NCBI GenBank assembly: GCA_964016885.1
Contig: OZ024741.1
Span: 245,644,001 to 245,708,000 of the forward strand
Direction of reading: 5' to 3'
DNA: 64,000 bases
Origin: Eledone cirrhosa
Taxonomy: Eukaryota
Shown: in pieces, positions 14,152 through 27,562 of the stretch
How the letters are laid out: every line of letters begins with the position of its first letter
How positions within the stretch are numbered: the first letter of the stretch is position 1
Notes under the pieces: generated by a model
Databases searched by the model: none
Told to the model about the DNA's origin: nothing
What the model saw: the letters and a program-made list of their open reading frames with translations, nothing else
Position numbers and translations under genes: made by a program

Positions 14152-14549
14152 AAAAATCTATCCTTGGACGGCTGGAAATTATCTCCCCTTGGACGGCTGG
14201 AAATTAACTCCCCTTGGACGGCTAGAAATTACCTCTCCTTGGACGGCTGAAAATTATCTCCCCTTGGCTGGCTGGAAATTATCTCCCCTTGGAGGCTGGA
14301 ATTTATCTCCCCTTGGACGGCTGGAAATTATCTCCCCTTGGACGGCTAGAAATTACCTCTCCTTGGACGGCTGGAAATTATCTCCCCTTGAACGCCTGGA
14401 AATTATCTCCCCTTGGACGGCTGGAAATTATCTCCCCTTGGACGGCTGGAAATTATCTCCCCTTGGACGGCTAGAAATTACCTCTCCTTGGACGGCTGGA
14501 AATTATCTCCCCTTGGACGGCTGGAAATTATCTCCCCTTGGACGGCTGG
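14152..14549 (+). repeat. Longest uninterrupted type-A run seen (16 monomers)
   Basis: I counted 16 consecutive GGCTGG/GGCTAG/GGCTGA-type monomers with no T-tract monomer between them. Confidence 0.88.
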
Positions 14550-15839
14550 AAATTATTTCCCCTTGATTTTTTTTTACAAATTATCTACCCCTGATTTTTT
14601 TTTACAAATTATCTCCCCCTGATTTTTTTTACAAATTATCTCCCCCTGATTTTTTTTTACAAATTATCTCCCCCTGATTTTTTTTACAAATTATCTCCCC
14701 CTGATTTTTTTTTACAAATTATCTCCCCCTGATTTTTTTTTACAAATTATCTCCCCCTGATTTTTTTACAAATTATCTCCCCCTGATTTTTTTTACAAAT
14801 TATCTCCGCCTGATTTTTTAAAATATTATCTTCCCTTGGCTGGCGGGAAATTATCTCCCCTTGGACGGCTGGAAATTATCTGCCCTTGATTTTCTTTTTA
14901 CAAATTAACTTCCACTGATTTTTTTTACAAATTATCTCCACCTGATTTTTTTAAAAATTATCTCCCCTTGGAAGGCTGGAAATTATCTCCCCTTGGCTGG
15001 AAATTATCTCCCCTTGGACGGCTAGAAATTATCTCTCTTTGGACGGCTGGAAATTATCACCCCTTGAGTTTTTTACAAATTATCTCCCCCTGATTTTTTT
15101 TACAAATCTCCCAGTGATTTTTAAAAAAAAATTATCTTCCCTTCGCTGGCTGGAAATTATCTCCCCTTGGACGCTGGAAATTATAGCCCCTTGGAGGGCT
15201 GGAAATTATCTTCCCTTGGACGGCTGGAAATTACCTCCCCTTGATTTTTTTTACAAATTATCTCCCCCTGATTTTTTTTTACAAATTATCTCCCCCTGAT
15301 TTTTTTTTACAACTTATCTGCGCCTGATTTTTTTAAAAAAATTATCTCCCCTTGGACGGCTGGAAATTATCTCCCCTTGGACGGCTGGAAATTATCTCTC
15401 CTTGGACGGCTAGAATTTACCTCTCCTTGGACGGCTGAAAATTATCTCCCCTTGGACGGCTGGAAATTATCTCCCCTTGATTTTTTTTACAAATTATCTC
15501 CCCCTGATTTTTTTTTACAAATTATCTCCCCCTGATTTTTTTACAAATTATCTCCCACTGTTTTTTTTTACAAATTATCCCCGCCTGATTTTTTTAAATA
15601 TTATCTCTCCTTGGCTGGCGGAAAATTATCTCCCCTTGGACGGCTGGAAATTATCTCCCCTTGGAAGGATGGAAATTATCTCCCCTTGGACGGCTGGAAA
15701 TTATCTACCCCTGATTTTTTTTACAAATTATCTCCCCCTGATTTTTTTTACAAATTATCTCCCCCTGATTTTTTTTACAAATTATCTACCCCTGATTTTT
15801 TTTACAAATTATCTCCCCCTGATTTTTTTTTACAAATTA

Positions 15840-18800
15840 TCTCCCCCTGATTTTTTTACAAATTATCTCCCCCTGATTTTTTTTACAATCTCCGCCTGAT
15901 TTTTTTAAAAATTGTCTTCCCTTGGCTGGCTGGAAATTATCTCCCCTTGGACACTGGAAATTATAGCCCCTTGGAGGGCTGGAAATTATCTTCCCTTGGA
16001 CGGCTGGAAATTATCTCCCCTTGATTTTTTTTACAAATTATCTCCGCCTGATTTTTTTTTACAAATTATCTCCTCCTGATTTTTTTTTACAAATTATCTA
16101 CCCCTGATTTTTTTTTACAAATTATCTCCCCCTGATTTTTTTTACAAATTATCTCCCCCTGATTTTTCTTTTACAAATTATCTCCCCCTGATTTTTTTAC
16201 AAATTATCTCCCCCTGATTTTTTTTACAAATTATCTCCGCCTGATTTTTTTAAATATTATCTTCCCTTGGCTGGCGGGAAATTATCTCCCCTTGGACGGC
16301 TGGAAATTATCTGCCCTTGATTTTCTTTTTACAAATTATCTTCCACTGATTTTTTTTACAAATTATCTCCACCTGATTTTTTAAAAAATTATCTCCCCTT
16401 GGAAGGCTGGAAATTATCTCCCCTTGGACGGCTGGAAATTATCTCCCCTTGGACGGCTAGAAATTATCTCTCCTTGGACGGCTGAAAATTATCTCCCCTT
16501 GGACGGCTGCAAATTATCTCCCCTTGATTTTTTTTACAAATTATCTCCCCCTGATTTTTTTTACAAATTATCTCCCCCTGATTTTTTTACAAATTATCTA
16601 CCCCTGATTTTTTTTACAAATTATCTCCCCCTGATTTTTTTTTACAAATTATCTCCCCCTGATTTTTTTTTACAAATTATCTCCCCCTGATTTTTTTTTT
16701 ACAAATTATCTCCCCCTGATTTTTTTACAAATTATCTCCCCCTGATTTTTTTTACAATCTCCGCCTGATTTTTTTAAAAATTATCTTCCCTTGGCTGGCG
16801 GGAAATTATCTCCCCTTGGACGGCTGGAAATTATCTCCCCTTGGAAGGATGGAAATTATCTCCCCTTGGACGGCTGGAAATTATCTCCCCTTGCACGGCT
16901 GGAAATTATCTCCCCTTGGCTGGAAATTATCTCCCCTTGGACGGCTAGAAATTATCTCTCTTTGGACGGCTGGAAATTATCTCCCTTTGATTTTTTTTAC
17001 AAATTATCTCCCTCTGATTTTTTTTACAAATCTCCCCCTGATTTTTTTAAAAAAATTATCTCCCCTTCGCTGGCTGGAAATTATCTTCCCTTGGACGGCT
17101 GGAAATTATCTCCCCTTGATTTTTTTTACAAATTATCTCCGCCTGATTTTTTTTTTAAATTATCTCTCCTTGGACGGCTGGAAATTATCTCCCCTTGATT
17201 TTTTTTACAAATAATCTCCCCCTGATTTTTTTTTATAAATTATCTCCCCCTGATTTTTTTTTACAAATTATCTACCCCTGATTTTTTTTTACAAATTATC
17301 TCCCCCTGATTTTTTTTACAAATTATCTCCCCCTGATTTTTCTTTTACAAATTATCTCCCCCTGATTTTTTTACAAATTATCTCCCCCTGATTTTTTTTA
17401 CAAATTGTCTCCGCCTGATTTTTTTAAATATTATCTTCCCTTGGCTGGCGGGAAATTACCTCCCCTTGGACGGCTGGAAATTATCTGCCCTTGATTTTCT
17501 TTTTACAAATTATCTTCCACTGATTTTTTTTACAAATTATCTCCCCCTGATTTTTTTTTACAAATTATCTCCCCCTGATTTTTTTTTACAAATTATCTCC
17601 CCCTGATTTTTGTTTACAAATTATCTCCGCCTGATTTTTTTTTTTAAATTATCTCCCCTTGGACGGCTGGAAATTATCTCCCCTTGGACGGCTAGAAATT
17701 ACCTCTCCTTGGACGGCTGAAAATTATCTCCCCTTGGACGGCTGGAAATTATCTCCCCTTGATTTTTTTACAAATTATCTCCCCCTGATTTTTTTTTTAC
17801 AAATTATCTCCCCCTGATTTTTTTTTACAAATTATCTACCCCTGATTTTTTTTTACAAATTATCTCCCCCTGATTTTTTTTTACAAATTATCTACCCCTG
17901 ATTTTTTTTACAAATTATCTCCCCCTGATTTTTTTTACAAATTATCTCCCCCTGATTTTTTTTTTACAAATTATCTCCCCCTGATTTTTTTACAAATTAT
18001 CTCCCCCTGATTTTTTTTACAAATTATCTCCGCCGGATTTTTTTAAATATTATCTTCCCTTGGCTTGCGGGAAATTATCTCCCCTTGGACGGCTGAAAAT
18101 TATCTCCCCTTGGACGGCTGGAAATTATCTCTCCTTGGACGGCTAGAATTTACCTCTCCTTGGACGGCTGAAAATTATCTCCCCTTGGACGGCTGGAAAT
18201 TATCTCCCCTTGATTTTTTTTACAAATTATCTCCCCCTGATTTTTTTTTACAAATTATCTCCCCCTGATTTTTTTACAAATTATCTCCCCCTGATTTTTT
18301 TTACAATCTCCGCCTGATTTTTTTAAAAATTGTCTTCCCTTGGCTGGCTGGAAATTATCTCCCCTTGGACACTGGAAATTATAGCCCCTTGGAGGGCTGG
18401 AAATTATCTTCCCTTGGACGGCTGGAAATTATCTCCCCTTGATTTTTTTTACAAATTATCTCCGCCTGATTTTTTTTTACAAATTATCTCCTCCTGATTT
18501 TTTTTTACAAATTATCTACCCCTGATTTTTTTTTACAAATTATCTCCCCCTGATTTTTTTTACAAATTATCTCCCCCTGATTTTTCTTTTACAAATTATC
18601 TCCCCCTGATTTTTTTACAAATTATCTCCCCCTGATTTTTTTTACAAATTATCTCCGCCTGATTTTTTTAAATATTATCTTCCCTTGGCTGGCGGGAAAT
18701 TATCTCCCCTTGGACGGCTGGAAATTATCTGCCCTTGATTTTCTTTTTACAAATTATCTTCCACTGATTTTTTTTACAAATTATCTCCACCTGATTTTTT

Positions 18801-21800
18801 AAAAAATTATCTCCCCTTGGAAGGCTGGAAATTATCTCCCCTTGGACGGCTGGAAATTATCTCCCCTTGGACGGCTAGAAATTATCTCTCCTTGGACGGC
18901 TGAAAATTATCTCCCCTTGGACGGCTGCAAATTATCTCCCCTTGATTTTTTTTACAAATTATCTCCCCCTGATTTTTTTTACAAATTATCTCCCCCTGAT
19001 TTTTTTACAAATTATCTACCCCTGATTTTTTTTACAAATTATCTCCCCCTGATTTTTTTTTACAAATTATCTCCCCCTGATTTTTTTTTACAAATTATCT
19101 CCCCCTGATTTTTTTTTTACAAATTATCTCCCCCTGATTTTTTTACAAATTATCTCCCCCTGATTTTTTTTACAATCTCCGCCTGATTTTTTTAAAAATT
19201 ATCTTCCCTTGGCTGGCGGGAAATTATCTCCCCTTGGACGGCTGGAAATTATCTCCCCTTGGAAGGATGGAAATTATCTCCCCTTGGACGGCTGGAAATT
19301 ATCTCCCCTTGCACGGCTGGAAATTATCTCCCCTTGGCTGGAAATTATCTCCCCTTGGACGGCTAGAAATTATCTCTCTTTGGACGGCTGGAAATTATCT
19401 CCCTTTGATTTTTTTTACAAATTATCTCCCTCTGATTTTTTTTACAAATCTCCCCCTGATTTTTTTAAAAAAATTATCTCCCCTTCGCTGGCTGGAAATT
19501 ATCTTCCCTTGGACGGCTGGAAATTATCTCCCCTTGATTTTTTTTACAAATTATCTCCGCCTGATTTTTTTTTTAAATTATCTCTCCTTGGACGGCTGGA
19601 AATTATCTCCCCTTGATTTTTTTTACAAATAATCTCCCCCTGATTTTTTTTTATAAATTATCTCCCCCTGATTTTTTTTTACAAATTATCTACCCCTGAT
19701 TTTTTTTTACAAATTATCTCCCCCTGATTTTTTTTACAAATTATCTCCCCCTGATTTTTCTTTTACAAATTATCTCCCCCTGATTTTTTTACAAATTATC
19801 TCCCCCTGATTTTTTTTACAAATTGTCTCCGCCTGATTTTTTTAAATATTATCTTCCCTTGGCTGGCGGGAAATTACCTCCCCTTGGACGGCTGGAAATT
19901 ATCTGCCCTTGATTTTCTTTTTACAAATTATCTTCCACTGATTTTTTTTACAAATTATCTCCACCTGATTTTTTAAAAAATTATCTCCCCTTGGAAGGCT
20001 GGAAATTATCTCCCCTTGGACGGCTAGAAATTATCTCTCTTTGGACGGCTGGAAATTATCACCCCTTGAGTTTTTTACAAATTATCTCCCCCTGATTTTT
20101 TTTACAAATCTCCCGGTGATTTTTTAAAAAAAATTATCTCCCCTTCGCTGGCTGGAAATTATCTCCCCTTGGACGCTGGAAATTATAGCCCCTTGGAGGG
20201 CTGGAAATTATCTTCCCTTGGACGGCTGGAAATTATCTCCCCTTGATTTTTTTTACAAATTATCTCCCCCTGATTTTTTTTTACAAATTATCTCCCCCTG
20301 ATGTTTTTTTACAACTTATCTGCGCCTGATTTTTTTAAAAAAATTATCTCCCCTTGGACGGCTGGAAATTATCTCCCCTTGGACGGCTGGGAATTATCTC
20401 TCCTTGGACGGCTAGAATTTAGCTCTCCTTGGACGGCTGAAAATTATCTCCCCTTGAACGGCTGGAAATTATCTCCCCTTGATTTTTTTTACAAATTATC
20501 TCCCCCTTTTTTTTTTTTACAAATTATCTCCCCCTGATTTTTTTTTACAAATTATCTCCCCCTGATTTTTTTTTACAAATTATCTCCTCCTGATTTTTTT
20601 TACAAATTATCTCCCCCCTGATTTTTTTACAAATTATCTCCCCTTGGCTGGTTGGAAATTATCTCCCCTTGGAGGCTGGAACTTATCTCCCCTTGGACGG
20701 CTAGAAATTACCTCTCCTTGGACGGCTGGAAAATATGTCTCCTTGGACGGCTGGATATTATCTCCCCTTGGACGGCTGGAAATTATCTCCCCTTGGACGG
20801 CTGGAAATTATCTCCCCTTGGATGGCTAGATATTACCTCCCCTTGGACGGCTGGAAATTATCTCCCCTTGATTTTTTTAACAAATTATCTCCCCCTGATT
20901 TTTTTTACAAATTATCTCCCCCTGATTTTTTTAAAAAAATTATCTCCCCCTGATTTTTGTTTACAAATTATCTCCGCCTGATTTTTTTTAACAAATTATC
21001 TCCCCTTGGACGGCTGGAAATTATCTCCCCTTGGACGGCTGGAAATTATATCTCCTTGGACGGCTAGAATTTACCTCTCCTTGGACGGCTGAAAATTATC
21101 TCCCCTTGGACGGCTGGAAATTATCTCCCCTTCATTTTTTTTACAAATTATCTCCCCCTGATTTTTTTTTACAAATTATCTCCCCCTGATTTTTTTTTAC
21201 AAATTATCTCCCCCTGATTTTTTTTTACAAATTATCTCCCCCTGATTTTTTTACAAATTATCTCCCCTTGGCTGGCTGGAAATTATCTCCCCTTGGAGGC
21301 TGGAACTTATCTCCACTTGGACGGCTAGAAATTACCTCTCCTTGGACGGCTGGAAAATATGTCTCCTTGGACGGCTGGATATTATCTCCCCTTGGACGGC
21401 TGGAAATTATCTCCCCTTGGACGGCTGGAAATTATCTCCCCTTGGATGGCTAGATATTACCTCCCCTTGGACGGCTGGAAATTATCTCCCCTTGATTTTT
21501 TTTACAAATTATCTCCCCCTGATTTTTTTTTACAAATTATCTCCCCCTGATTTTTTTTTACAAATTATCTCCCCCTGATTTTTGTTTACAAATTATCTCC
21601 GCCTGATTTTTTTTTTAAAATTATCTCCCCTTGGACGGCTGGAAATTATCTCCCCTTGGACGGCTAGAAATTACCTCTCCTTGGACGGCTGAAAATTATC
21701 TCCCCTTGGACGGCTGGAAATTATCTCCCCTTGATTTTTTTACAAATTATCTCCCCCTGATTTTTTTTTTACAAATTATCTCCCCCTGATTTTTTTTTAC

Positions 21801-22235
21801 AAATTATCTACCCCTGATTTTTTTTTACAAATTATCTCCCCCTGATTTTTTTTTACAAATTATCTACCCCTGATTTTTTTTACAAATTATCTCCCCCTGA
21901 TTTTTTTTACAAATTATCTCCCCCTGATTTTTTTTTTACAAATTATCTCCCCCTGATTTTTTTACAAATTATCTCCCCCTGATTTTTTTTACAAATTATC
22001 TCCGCCGGATTTTTTTAAATATTATCTTCCCTTGGCTTGCGGGAAATTATCTCCCCTTGGACGGCTGAAAATTATCTCCCCTTGGACGGCTGGAAATTAT
22101 CTCTCCTTGGACGGCTAGAATTTACCTCTCCTTGGACGGCTGAAAATTATCTCCCCTTGGACGGCTGGAAATTATCTCCCCTTGATTTTTTTTACAAATT
22201 ATCTCCCCCTGATTTTTTTTTACAAATTATCTCCC
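15840..22235 (+). repeat. X-Y-X-Z-Y duplicated block (offsets 2418 and 3972)
   Basis: ORF pairs 16424/18842, 16791/19209 and 16816/19234 have offset 2418, and AAATTGTCTTCC sits at ~15909 and ~18327. ORF pair 18065/22037 has offset 3972. Confidence 0.85.
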
Positions 22236-25200
22236 CCTGATTTTTTTTTACAAATTATCTCCCCCTGATTTTTTTTACAAATTATCTCCCCCTGATTTTT
22301 TTTTACAAATTATCTCCCCCTGATTTTTTTTTACAAATTATCTCCCCCTGATTTTTTTTTACAAATTATCTCCCCCTGATTTTTTTTTACAAATTATCTC
22401 CCCCTGATTTTTTTTTACAAATTATCTCCCCCTGATTTTTTTTTACAAATTATCTCCGCCTGATTTTTTTTAAAAATTACCTCCCCTTGGACGGCTGGAA
22501 ATTATCTCCCCTTGGACGGCTGGAAATTATCTCCCCTTGGACGGCTAGAAATTATCTCTCCTTGGACGGCTGAAAATTATCTCCCCTTGGACGGCTGCAA
22601 ATTATCTCCCCTTGATTTTTTTTACAAATTATCTCCCCCTGATTTTTTTTACAAATTATCTCCCCCTGATTTTTTTTACAAATTATCTACCCCTGATTTT
22701 TTTTACAAATTATCTCCCCCTGATTTTTTTTTACAAATTATCTCCCCCTGATTTTTTTTTACAAATTATCTCCCCCTGATTTTTCTTTTACAAATTATCT
22801 CCCCCTGATTTTTTTACAAAGTATCTCCCCCTGATTTTTTTTACAATCTCCGCCTGATTTTTTTAAAAATTATCTTCCCTTGGCTGGCGGGAAATTATCT
22901 CCCCTTGGACGGCTGGAAATTATCTCCCCTTGGAAGGATGGAAATTATCTCCCCTTGGACGGCTGGAAATTATCTCCCCTTGCACGGCTGGAAATTATCT
23001 CCCCTTGGACGGATAGATATTACCTCCCCTTGGACGGCTGGAAATTATCTCCCCTTGATTTTTTTACAAATTATCTTCCCCTGATTTATTTTACAAATCT
23101 CCCAATGATTTTTAAAAAAAAATTATCTCCCCTTCGCTGGCTGGAAATTATCTCCCCTTGGACGCTGGAAATTATAGCCCCTTGGAGGGCTGGAAATTAT
23201 CTTCCCTTGGACGGCTGGAAATTATCTCCCCTTGATTTTTTTTACAAATTATCTCCCCCTGATTTTTTTTACAAATTATCTCCCCCTGATTTTTTTTACA
23301 AATTATCTACCCCTGATTTTTTTTACAAATTATCTCCCCCTGATTTTTTTTTACAAATTATCTCCCCCTGATTTTTTTTTACAAATTATCTCCCCCTGAT
23401 TTTTTTACAAATTATCTCCCCCTGATTTTTTTTTACAATCTCCGCCTGATTTTTTTAAAAATTATCTTCCCTTGGCTGGCTGGAAATTATCTCCCCTTGG
23501 ACACTGGAAATTATAGCCCCTTGGAGGGCTGGAAATTATCTTCCCTTGGACGGCTGGAAATTATCTCCCCTTGATTTTTTTTACAAATTAACTCCGCCTG
23601 ATTTTTTTTTACAAATTATCTCCCCCTGATTTTTTTTTACAAATTATCTACCCCTGATTTTTTTTTACAAATTATCTCCCCCTGATTTTTTTTACAAATT
23701 ATCTCCCCCTGATTTTTCTTTTACAAATTATCTCCCCCTGATTTTTTTACAAATTATCTCCCCCTGATTTTTTTTACAAATTATCTCCGCCTGATTTTTT
23801 TAAATATTATCTTCCCTTGGCTGGCGGGAAATTATCTCCCCTTGGACGGCTGGAAATTATCTGCCCTTGATTTTCTTTTTACAAATTATCTTCCACTGAT
23901 TTTTTTTTACAAATTATCTCCACCTGATTTTTTAAAAAATTATCTCCCCTTGGAAGGCTGGAAATTATCTCCCCTTGGACGGCTGGAAATTATCTCCCCT
24001 TGGACGGCTAGAAATTATCTCTCCTTGGACGGCTGAAAATTATCTCCCCTTGGACGGCTGCAAATTATCTCCCCTTGATTTTTTTTACAAATTATCTCCC
24101 CCTGATTTTTTTTACAAATTATCTCCCCCTGATTTTTTTTACAAATTATCTACCCCTGATTTTTTTTACAAATTATCTCCCCCTGATTTTTTTTACAAAT
24201 TATCTCCCCCTGATTTTTTTTTACAAATTATCTCCCCCTGATTTTTTTTTTACAAATTATCTCCCCCTGATTTTTTTACAAATTATCTCCCCCTGATTTT
24301 TTTTACAATCTCCGCCTGATTTTTTTAAAAATTATCTTCCCTTGGCTGGCGGGAAATTATCTCCCCTTGGACGGCTGGAAATTATCTCCCCTTGGAAGGA
24401 TGGAAATTATCTCCCCTTGGACGGCTGGAAATTATCTCCCCTTGCACGGCTGGAAATTATCTCCCCTTGGCTGGAAATTATCTCCCCTTGGACGGCTAGA
24501 AATTATCTCTCTTTGGACGGCTGGAAATTATCTCCCTTTGATTTTTTTTACAAATTATCTCCCTCTGATTTTTTTTACAAATCTCCCCCTGATTTTTTTA
24601 AAAAAATTATCTCCCCTTCGCTGGCTGGAAATTATCTTCCCTTGGACGGCTGGAAATTATCTCACCTTGATTTTTTTTACAAATTATCTCCGCCTGATTT
24701 TTTTTTAAAATTATCTCTCCTTGGACGGCTGGAAATTATCTCCCCTTGATTTTTTTTACAAATAATCTCCCCCTGATTTTTTTTTATAAATTATCTCCCC
24801 CTGATTTTTTTTTACAAATTATCTACCCCTGATTTTTTTTTACAAATTATCTCCCCCTGATTTTTTTTACAAATTATCTCCCCCTGATTTTTCTTTTACA
24901 AATTATCTCCCCCTGATTTTTTTACAAATTATCTCCCCCTGATTTTTTTTACAAATTGTCTCCGCCTGATTTTTTTAAATATTATCTTCCCTTGGCTGGC
25001 GGGAAATTACCTCCCCTTGGACGGCTGGAAATTATCTGCCCTTGATTTTCTTTTTACAAATTATCTTCCACTGATTTTTTTTACAAATTATCTCCACCTG
25101 ATTTTTTAAAAAATTATCTCCCCTTGGAAGGCTGGAAATTATCTCCCCTTGGCTGGAAATTATCTCCCCTTGGACGGCTAGAAATTATCTCTCTTTGGAC

Positions 25201-27562
25201 GGCTGGAAATTATCACCCCTTGATTTTTTAACAAATTATCTCCCCCTGATTTTTTTTACAAATCTCCCAGTGATTTTTTAAAAAAAATTATCTCCCCTTC
25301 GCTGGCTGGAAATTATCTCCCCTTGGACGCTGGAAATTATAGCCCCTTGGAGGGCTGGAAATTATCTTCCCTTGGACGGCCGGAAATTATCTCCCCTTGA
25401 TTTTTTTTACAAATTATCTCCCCCTGATTTTTTTTTACAAATTATCTCCCCCTGATTTTTTTTTACAACTTATCTGCGCCTGATTTTTTTAAAAAAATTA
25501 TCTCCCCTTGGACGGCTGGAAATTATCTCCCCTTGGACGGCTGGAAATTATCTCTCCTTGGACGGCTAGAATTTACCTCTCCTTGGACGGCTGAAAATTA
25601 TCTCCCCTTGGACGGCTGGAAATTATCTCCCCTTGATTTTTTTTACAAATTATCTCCCCCTTTTTTTTTTTTACAAATTATCTCCCCCTGATTTTTTTTT
25701 ACAAATTATCTCCCCCTGATTTTTTTTTACAAATTATCTCCCCCTGATTTTTTTTACAAATTATCTCCCCCCTGATTTTTTTACAAATTATCTCCCCTTG
25801 GACGGCTAGAAATTACCTCTCCTTGGACGGCTGGAAAATATGTCTCCTTGGACGGCTGGATATTATCTCCCCTTGGACGGCTGGAAATTATCTCCCCTTG
25901 GACGGCTGGAAATTATCTCCCCTTGGATGGCTAGATATTACCTCCCCTTGGACGGCTGGAAATTATCTCCCCTTGATTTTTTTTTACAAATGATCTCCCC
26001 CTGATTTTTTTTAAAAAATTATCTCCCCCTGATTTTTGTTTACAAATTATCTCCGCCTGATTTTTTTTAACAAATTATCTCCCCTTGGACGGCTGGAAAT
26101 TATCTCCCCTTGGACGGCTGGAAATTATATCTCCTTGGACGGCTAGAATTTACCTCTCCTTGGACGGCTGAAAATTATCTCCCCTTGGACGGCTGGAAAT
26201 TATCTCCCCTTGATTTTTTTTACAAATCATCTCCCCCTGATTTTTTTTTACAAATTATCTCCCCCTGATTTTTTTTACAAATTATCTCCCCCTGATTTTT
26301 TTACAAATTATCTCCCCTTGGCTGGCTGGAAATTATCTCCCCTTGGAGGCTGGAACTTATCTCCCCTTGGACGGCTAGAAATTACCTCTCCTTGGACGGC
26401 TGGAAAATATGTCTCCTTGGACGGCTGGATATTATCTCCCCTTGGACGGCTGGAAATTATCTCCCCTTGGACGGCTGGAAATTATCTCCCCTTGGATGGC
26501 TAGATATTACCTCCCGTTGGACGGCTGGAAATTATCTCCCCTTGATTTTTTTTACAAATTATCTCCCCCTGATTTTTTTTTACAAATTATCTCCCCCTGA
26601 TTTTTTTTTACAAATTATCTCCCCCTGATTTTTGTTTACAAATTATCTCCGCCTGATTTTTTTTTGAAAATTATCTCCCCTTGGACGGCTGGAAATTATC
26701 TCCCCTTGGACGGCTAGAAATTACCTCTCCTTGGACGGCTGAAAATTATCTCCCCTTGGACGGCTGGAAATTATCTCCCCTTGATTTTTTTACAAATTAT
26801 CTCCCCCTGATTTTTTTTTTACAAATTATCTCCCCCTGATTTTTTTTTACAAATTATCTACCCCTGATTTTTTTTTACAAATTATCTCCCCCTGATTTTT
26901 TTTTACAAATTATCTACCCCTGATTTTTTTTACAAATTATCTCCCCCTGATTTTTTTTACAAATTATCTCCCCCTGATTTTTTTTTACAAATTATCTCCC
27001 CCTGATTTTTTTACAAATTATCTCCCCCTGATTTTTTTTACAAATTATCTCCGCCGGATTTTTTTAAATATTATCTTCCCTTGGCTTGCGGGAAATTATC
27101 TCCCCTTGGACAGCTGAAAATTATCTCCCCTTGGACGGCTGGAAATTATCTCCCCTTGGCTGGAAATTATCTCCCCTTGGACGGCTAAAAATTATCTCTC
27201 TTTGGACGGCTGGAAATTATCACCCCTTGAGTTTTTTACAAATTATCTCCCCCTGATTTTTTTTACAAATCTCCCAGTGATTTTTAAAAAAAAATTATCT
27301 TCCCTTCGCTGGCTGGAAATTATCTCCCCTTGGACGCTGGAAATTATAGCCCCTTGGAGGGCTGGAAATTATCTTCCCTTGGACGGCTGGAAATTATCTC
27401 CCCTTGATTTTTTTTACAAATTATCTCCCCCTGATTTTTTTTTACAAATTATCTCCCCCTGATTTTTTTTTACAACTTATCTGCGCCTGATTTTTTTTAA
27501 AAAATTATCTCCCCTTGGACGGCTGGAAATTATCTCCCCTTGGACGGCTGGAAATTATCTCT

